From assembly GCA_021161885.1 (NCBI GenBank), contig JAGGZS010000023.1, forward strand, positions 1 through 34,761: a stretch of DNA of 34,761 nucleotides. The letters are read 5' to 3'. A program made the position numbers and the translations under genes. Below are positions 21,301 through 30,300 of this stretch, piece by piece. This stretch comes from a bacterium. Its GTDB lineage: Bacteria; Auribacterota; Auribacteria; Auribacterales; Auribacteraceae. How positions within the stretch are numbered: position 1 is the stretch's first letter; each line of letters starts with the position of its first letter. The notes under the pieces were generated by a model, which saw only the letters and a program-made list of their open reading frames with translations, had not been told where the DNA came from and did no database searches.

Positions 21301-24300
21301 CAACAAGCGCGTCTATAGATTTAGCCAGCTTATCGCCCATAGATATTCTTGTTGTCTCATCAACAATATCTAATACAGGCAGCTCATTTTCTTGCTGAAC
21401 AGGTAAACTGTTCATATGCTTTACAATATTTTCTAACGGATTAGATGAGTTGAGAATATCTTTTAAGGTTTCATTATCGGATTGACGCTGAACCATATTC
21501 AAGCCTCTTAGGATAGCATCTATCGCAAGCCGTTGGTTATTGCGCGCAATACGCGAGGGGACTTGCCCTTTTAAAGGCAAATATCCGACAAGAGCGTTTC
21601 TCATAAAAACAGCGGTTCCTTGAAAAGCTGAATTCACATCAGATTCAGCGGGCAACCGACTGACAACGGTTTTAAAACTTCCTTCAGTATCGCTTTTTAA
21701 AGTTCGGCCTATAACAGCTTCATATTTATCTATATTATTTATAAGAATGCGTTCGCGGGCTAATTCGCTCGGACTCCATTGGTAATCGGAACTGTCTTTT
21801 GTTGTCCTGAATTTAACCGCAAAATCAATAACATCGCCCAATTGTGCCTTTAAATTAGGATATTTTGATGATAATGAAGGATTTTCTATTAAAACACGGG
21901 CGATTTGTACAACCTTGTCCAATCGGGCGCGCTTTATGTTGAATTCAGATATATGCCTGAGCAATGCTTGGGTATCTGTTTCAGCCGGTTTTTTCGATTC
22001 ATCCATAGAAGAAAAAACTATCGGTTTAATTTGCTGAAAACTATTGGACTTTTTTGCCTGAAAAATTTTCAGATAATTATCGTTAGAAACAATTCCTACA
22101 CGATACAGTAAATCAATAATTGAAAAGAAATGTTTATAATTGGATTCATTAATTTCGGTTTGTTTAAAATAATCTCGTATTTTAAATTCAGCTCCTATTT
22201 CCCGATTGAGAAGGGATACCACCCTTAACTCTTTAGTCAGACTTTGAACAGGCACGGAAGATAACCCCGCCATTTGGTATAGCGCGTATTCATTGCGTAT
22301 AAATTCCGATCCCAAACCGCCAACTTGCTGTAACTGCTCGGAAAATGACAAGTTGCTCTGGGATATGCCTTCACGGCTTATGGTTTTCTTAAACGTAAAC
22401 GCCAAGTTCTCAAAGGTAGTTCCATAAGCTATTGCCGGTATGTTAGAGCGTAAATTAGCTAAGGTATCGGCGTTCAATGATATATTAAAAGAGCCGTCGT
22501 CTAAATTTGATACTGTTTTTATAAGGATAATATCTTTATCCGTTAATCCTTGCTGAGAAGCGGCTCGTTCAATAATTAGGTTAATTTTGTCGGCATTTCC
22601 CAAACCGTGCCTGAAATCATATTCAATGTTAATTACAGTATAAGGTTTTTTGTTATTCATTGCTAATAAAGCGTTATTTAATCGTTCGCCTACAAACGAC
22701 TGGGCGGGCAACTGTTGTAAAATATTTTGTGTATCACTTATATCAAACGTAATATTTGTAAAATCGCCGGAAACAAAGCTGGTCAGGTTATCTATCAGTC
22801 GGGATATATCGTTTTTCTCCATTTGGGCAAGATAAGGAACTGCAGCAGGATGAGCCGGATCGTTCACGACGGATTTAAGTATATCCGTAAGAACTGCTAA
22901 TCCCGCTTGATTAGAACTTTGCTCCAGTTTATTAAAATACGCTTCACTAAAAAGAGGCTGTATATTTTTCGGTATAGTTACCCCCTGATTTTTTAACTGT
23001 AAAAATTGAGCCGCAATATCTTTAAAATTATGGACTTCAGCAAACTTGATTTCTGTAGATACTATGCCTTGCGATTGTTCACGGCTAAGATTGATATCAG
23101 CATATAGTTTAGCAAGTTTTTCGGCGGTCTCAACAGGATACGCAGGTTTTTCAGTAGTATTTTCTTGTTGGTTATTTGTTTTATAGCTGTCTATATAATC
23201 GGTAAGTTTTTTTTCAAAAACAATAAGTTCTTCAAGCGTCCTTTGGTAACCGCCTATTTTTTTCACTATCTGATAGCTATGAATTTCTTTACGGGACTGG
23301 ATAAATCGTTGCAGACTGTTTCTGGTTTGCTCAAGAACTTTTATGCCCGTTACCGGATCGGACTGGATAATACCGTCAAAAATAGTTTCCGGCAAATAAG
23401 TCTCTATATAAATATTTTTCATTTCAGGATTTAACGAGTTTAATACACCTGATTTTAAAACCATATCTATATACAAAACAATATCAAAAAAATCTGTGGT
23501 TTTCTCTATGGCGGTAACATTGGCTAACCCAGCTTCATACTTATTATTCTCATTCATTCGAATCATTATGCCCGATGGATTAACAACAGGGATATATTCA
23601 AGCATAGATAGTTCAGCCTGCCTGTATAACACACCTGATGCCAAAGAGATAATATTGCTTAACCTTTCGGAATATTCCTGTTCGGTTTCCGCGCCAAGCA
23701 TATGAACCATATCTTCTGTAGATTCTTGCGAGATAAGCCGTACTAACGGCTGACCCTGTAAATATGATTCTATAAAAAAGTTATAGTCTGCTTGAGTATT
23801 CCCGTCAAATTCATTTACAATACCTGCGAACACAGGGCTTATCGCTTCCTGCCCAGCTTGCTCGCCAAGAACAAAAGGCTCAAGATTTTTTATCAATAAA
23901 CCCATGTCGCCTTTCTTATGCTGATTGAGCACAAACCGGTAAGGCTCAGGCTGTCCTTCTATAATTACGCTGACAAGATGGGCATATTTTAATGCGCCTT
24001 TTTGTAAATAATCAATATGAATATTTTTTATAGATGAAGCCGGCACATCAGTAAGCCCATATATGGCAAAAAGCATTTGCTTAACCAGATTTGTATTTTT
24101 TAGGATATTTTCTATTTCACTTAAAATTTCCGTTGCCGGTTTTTCGGCTGAAACATCCATATCTTTTGATATGGTATTATATATATCAGCATGGGATATG
24201 TGCCAATTTCCCCTAATTTTCGCGTCATTTTTCTGTTCAAGCAAGTTATCCAACTTAGAATATAATCGGGCAAAATTAGACCATGCGGTTTTGCGCAGCT

Positions 24301-27300
24301 TATTGTTTTTTGAGTTGGTTACCCACCACAAAAGCTCTTTTTTTACAGCATTAAATTCATTGGATTGAGAAAATTCAATATCCGTTAATGTCTTTAATAA
24401 TCCGTTAATTGCCATTAAATCGGCAGATGTCAGCTTCTCAAAATTTTTAAAATTATCTAATGACGATACCTTTGACCTGATAACAGGCATAACAGACTGC
24501 GCTTTTGCTTGCGGCGGATAATGATGGATTAGAACTAACGGTATATTTTCCTGTTCAGCCCGTTTTCTGGCTTTATAAAAATTTGAGTTCGGATCGTTAA
24601 ACGGCGATAACGAGTCGCTGATATCAAGATTTGTATTCGGATCGGTTACCATAACAGCTATTCCTTTTATCGCTCCTTCCGCTAAAACTTCATTAACCGG
24701 CATATCTGTAAAAGGGTTAGGCTTAATTTTTATTTCACCGTTATCTACTTTTTTATTAAACTCAATTCTTTTCGCCCGTTTTTCTTTATTCCCTTTCGCC
24801 TCGGCGATATAATCTCTCAACATTCTTAATCTGGCGTTATCTTTTGCCCGTTCGACAGTAAAGCGGTTCATAAAATCGGTTAAATAATTTTTTAATCTTA
24901 TTGGAATTTGCGCGGATATTCGGTCTTCAGCCGACATATACACATAATACTGTTCATATTCCCCGAGCATTTCCAGCACATCTTTATATCCGTGTTTTTC
25001 AAGCAACGGATTTCGTATCTCATTAATTATGCTGTCCATACGAGCCTGATAAGTTAGCGATGACACATCCTCGCTATGCACATTTAATCTCGACGGCTGT
25101 TCCGCTTCTGAAGCAATGCTGAACCGGTCTATGGTTACAGGAAACATTTCGTCGATTAACCAGCTTACCTGTCCGTTTTTAATTGTATCCGTCTTAAAAT
25201 ATCCATGATACCCTGCGGTCTCTAATGACGCGCGAACTGTGCTGTTTTTCGCGTTAAAAACGGAAAACATATTCACGCCCACATCAGATTTATATTCAAG
25301 GCTGAAATACGGATTATTCAATTCAGGATATATGTTGATAACCTGAAAATTTCTATTTATATCAGAAGCAAGAGTATAAATCGGCAAAGCGGAAGTTACG
25401 TTAACATAATTTTTAGCCGCAACATCGTGCCGTTTATCAAAAGACAAATTTATGCCGGCTGCTGCTGCTGTCTCAAACAATTGTTTATCAGCATCTATCC
25501 AATACAATCCTGCTGGATCAGCGTTATCGAGCAAGACGCCGAGCAAAGTATCCAACCGGCGCTGCCGTTCAAATGGGACAGGCAATGCGTTGATAATCGT
25601 TTTACGCTGTTGTGTCGATAATCCGCTTGAAGCAAGAACGGCAGAGATTATAAAATCGAATTTTTTATTATAATCAGCAATATTTCCTTCGGTTTTCAGA
25701 TTGGTTAACTGGTCGGACAACAGCAAGATATATCCTATCAATTCATCAGGCACTTTTATATTTATAGAGCCGATACTTATTACCCCTTTATTATTTTTAA
25801 TTTGTTCAAGGAAAGAATCTATCTGAATATTTACTGCTGTTCCCGCTAATTTTTTGCTGCGTATTTCACGCAGTACAGGCAGTTCAGCGAGTCCCCATTC
25901 ATTTTTAACTAAATTTTCCAATCTCAAATACAGCTCATCAGCCGGCTGCCCGTTTAAATTATCAAAAATACTGCTGTATAATTTATTAAGCAAATGAATA
26001 TCTATATCTGAAATGGAACGGGTAAACTTTTCGGAAACTAATTTTGATATAACAATATTCCTTAATTCGCCCGATTTAGTGCTATTGAGCATATCCGCTA
26101 ACTGTTTTATCTGACCAAAAATATCCTGATTAATAGATTGTTTCTGAATAATAGAATTCATAATAGAATTAACAAGATTATCTGCTTTTGCTTCAAATTT
26201 TGATTGTATAACAGGTAAATTAGTAAAATGTTCACTGGCAAAATCTTTTATTTGATTACGCAAATTTTTATAATCATTGATTTTAAACAGCAGCCCGTCG
26301 GTTTGCACATCTGTTTTCTTGGTACCTGTATCGGAGTCAATTAACAGCGAATCAAGTTCAGATAAAGATTGTTTTATAAAATTCAAACCATCCGCTTCAT
26401 TGATTATGGTATTTAAAATTAAAATTAATGTATTTTCATCGCCAATACTTTTCCTTACATCAATAGGCATCGGGGCGATTACATTATTTTCGACAACCTG
26501 TTGTAATAACAATAAAAGATCAAACGATTTATTAATGTCAGCCCGTTGATTTCCCGCGTTATCAGCATTAATAACAGCAGTTACGCCGCCGGACTCATCT
26601 AATTTTAAAACAATTCCCTGCGGCTCAATATTTTTAAAACTCCATTTATTGTCTATATTTGCAGACATCCTGTATAAAGCGGATACAACCGCAGGCAATA
26701 CTTTACGTACACGAACGCGATAATGCGCTGCAGTCTCATCAGGACGAATGGATACAAACCCCGATTGTCCGTTCACCGCGTTAGAACCAACTAAAGGTAT
26801 TCCTTTTATAACCGATTCCCCAGCGAACTTAAATGCTCCACTGGCTGCGCCTTTATTAATTCCTTCAAAAAATACGCCCTGCACCACTGCGGGTTGGGTT
26901 GCGTTTTTTCCTGCAATATCCATTATTTCTTTATACAAAATAGTTTTCATAGATTCGTTAAAAACCCCTTTTTGGATTCCCTCATCTACGAAAACTTTTA
27001 ATGCCTCTAAGTGATTTAATTTATCCGTTTGCGATAATTGAGTATTTTTAAGGGCTTGAAGATGGTTGCCGATATCCCGTAAAATGTCTAAATTTTTATT
27101 TCTGGATTGTTTTTCGGATTCAGGGATAATTTTGTTCAATCCGATAACGTCGTCATCTAACAAATAAACTAATCTTTGCCCCATAATCAACCCGTTTATT
27201 CCGGGGATATTGGCGATTTGCGCGAAGATTGTTTCACAAGCGGATGGGCTTTGATCTGCTGACAATTCAGGCTGAATCAATCCGGCAAGGTAAGGATAAG

Positions 27301-30300
27301 TTTGAGACGAACCGTAATTATCGGCTACGGCAATAATTTTTCCTATAACTATTGAATCCATAATTTGATTGCGGTCGCTTTTGTTTAATGCGTCTAAAGG
27401 CAGATCGAAATTGTCTGTCAAATAGGTATTTAAAAAAGTTTTATCTGAAGTGGATATTTCAATACCCTCATTAATATTTTTCAATAACCCGTAACTGCGA
27501 TTATCATTTTGCACTTCTGTTTTAAAATCATCCCCGATTTTAAGTTGAGTCTTATTTATAATATATTCTACCGCCTTTTGTTCTAAAGACGATAAAACCG
27601 AAAATCCTGAATCTTCTTGTGTTTTTTCAATAAAAGCGTTAACAAGCTCAATACTCCTTTGTTCGTATCCTAAACTTAACGCAGCACCTTCCGGCGCTGG
27701 TGTGAAGTATCCTAACCCGCTGAAATAAATAGCCGTTCTCATCAAAAGAGATGATCTCGCTTGATTCTTAAATTTAATATTGTCAAAAAGATTTTCAACG
27801 AAAGAAAAAATTTCATTTAAATGATGTTCATTGTGGAAAGTAACATCGCTGCGCCTACTCTTAGGGTTAGCCATATAGTCAATGACAAAATTTCTTACTA
27901 ATTCAAGATTTGGGTCAGCGCTGTATCTTTTAAGAACTTTATCGATGTTTTGTGCGTTTCGCTTACTCAATGAAGATTCTATTGTTTCGGTTTTGTTTTG
28001 GATAACCTCGCCAACAGGACTTGTTAAAGAAGATTTTAATTGGTTTACAAGAGAAACATTTGTTTTTATGATATTCATCAAATTAGTGTCTGCTAAAACT
28101 TTTTTAAACACATTTTTTAATAATTCCCGTTTCTCTTTGCCGGTTCGGTTATCGGAATATTCGCTTATCAATCGGTTTAACAATTTTTTTATTTCAGAAT
28201 CGCTTAACCGCTCCCCTTTACTGAGCAGCTCACCTGCCATAGGGATATCGGTATCCGCCAAATTTATTTTTATATTTAAAAATTGTTTTAATTTATCCGC
28301 AGCAGATGAGGTTTGGGTTACAAGGGATGCAGCAGCGGGAAGCGGTTGCCCGATTACAGTATCAGCGCTAAAAAGAACCTGCCTAACCGTAGATATAAAA
28401 TTATTATTTCCTTCAGCGGATAGAATCGTCTCATAAATATTATTTTTGAATTGAGTGCCGGGCTGTTGAGTTTGTCTTAATACAAAACTAAACGGTTTTT
28501 CGTATCCATCGATATGCACAGTTATTAAATGAGAATACTGGTGTTCATCTTTTCCGAGAAACTCCACTTCAATATTGGATATTGCCTCTGGAGTTATGTC
28601 TATTAAGCCGTGGGCAAGAAAAAGCATTTCCTGAACGATATGGGTGTTTTTCAAAACATTTTCAACACTTTTAAAAATTTCAGGACCACGGTTTGCGCCC
28701 ATTACAGGATGATCAAACTCTTTGCTGTTTGCGTCATAGGCTGTCGACGGGGATATTTTCCAATTCTCTTTATCTATAGAATCAGCGAGTTTAGGGATTA
28801 TTTCAGATATTCTTGCATCCATTTTCTTAAATGCTGATTTCGCAAAATTTACTATCAAGTCATCTTTAGCGTTAAGTATCCACCATACGATTTCTTTACG
28901 AACAGCAAGGAACTCATCGGCATTAGTAAACGGTATTCTTATTAGATCGATAATCAAATCCGTTACTTCATTTTGTTCCTGATAAGATAATTTTTTCTCT
29001 TTATATTTTGATAACGATTCAGACGCTACGGCTATTTTAGAGAATACATTTATGGTTTCGGTAGATTTTTTTTCTTTAACGATTTCAGCTGCTGTAATGC
29101 CCGCTTTTTTATCGAATTGATGTTCAAGCCGTTTGGCCTTTTTTATATCCGATGCTATATGGTCTCTTAAACCGTTGCGAAGTTCAGCTCTTTTAGCTGC
29201 GGTTAAAGTATGCCAGCTGACAGGTTCAAGTCCGGCGAGTTTCATTGCTTCATTCTGCCACATAATAAGTTCCAATGCTTCATGCAGTGCGAGTTCTTCA
29301 GTAAAGGCGTTGCCCGCGATATAAACCGAATTTCGTTCAAGCCCTGCGTGTCCGCGCTGATTGCCGACGAGGATATTTTCACCTTCAATCACATAAACTT
29401 TAATTCGTCGTCCATTTACAACTACATCGTCCATTCGTTTTAGTTTACCGTCGGAATATGCTTTTCTTATCTGGTCGTTGACTTCCTTGTGGGGACCTGC
29501 TTTAAGCCTAATATCCGCAAAATTTATATCTTTTGCCTTTGAAGAGGGTTCGCTGCTGTCATCAATCGCTTTTCGTATTACCGTTCCGTTTACCTCAATC
29601 ATACCGTTAGAAAAAACTCTTGTAGTTGTTCCGTCGTTATGAATTATTCTCAACACGTTGCCTTCGCCGTCTTCAAACCCCCATAATTTGACATTAATAA
29701 ATCCAATAGCGATATCATTATCGGTTTTAAAATTTACTTCGATTTTATCGGTTTCAATTTGTGATATAACTTGAAAAAAAGTGTTTGACTGGGGAACTCT
29801 ATCTGCGTCAGCTATTTGTCTAATCTGTTCAACACCTGATGGTTTAGGTGGCAGTTCGGAAAAATCTGATGATTCCGGCGGGAAAGCATCCAGCACAGGT
29901 CTTTGAAGTTCCTGCATTTTTTTTCTTGTTTGCTCAATTTGTTTGGCGAGGTCTCCTGTTTCTTTAACATGAAGATCAATCTTTAGGGTGTTGCCTCTTC
30001 CTAACTCCCTAATAATGTCAAGTTTATAGGCTTGCTGGTCTACGATAAAAGAAGTTGAAAAATCTCTGGGCAACTTTTGGAAAAAATTAAACCAAAACTG
30101 AGCGGGGACTCCGTTTTCAATATCAATTGAAGTTATTCCTGCTTGTTCAAAATAGTTCCTGATATAATCCGGCAGCGATTCAGCATCTTGTGTGATATTC
30201 CAAACATATCTTGAATCTTTTGTTTTTTCACTTAAATTAGCGATGACTTTAAGTATAGGGCTAACCGCAAATTCGTTTCCGTCAATATTGGTTATTAAAT

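Noticed and set aside
27700-27900. TFHNEHHLNEIF ... RTAIYFSGLGY looked like a possible HD-domain phosphohydrolase (about aa 1530-1590; approximate coordinates).
   Set aside because: The diagnostic HD dipeptide is absent (FS sits at the equivalent place) and I could not find the downstream Asp. The evidence is too weak to call.
10395-29443. About 40 plus-strand ORFs of 60-184 aa lie inside the giant gene span (for example 27882-28436 at 184 aa, 12474-12887 at 137 aa, 10725-11105 at 126 aa).
   Set aside because: All are antisense to the 9,700-aa frame. Their translations are Ser/Phe/Leu/Ile-rich with no motifs, and they have no convincing SD sequences. This is the usual shadow-ORF artefact opposite a long, codon-biased gene.
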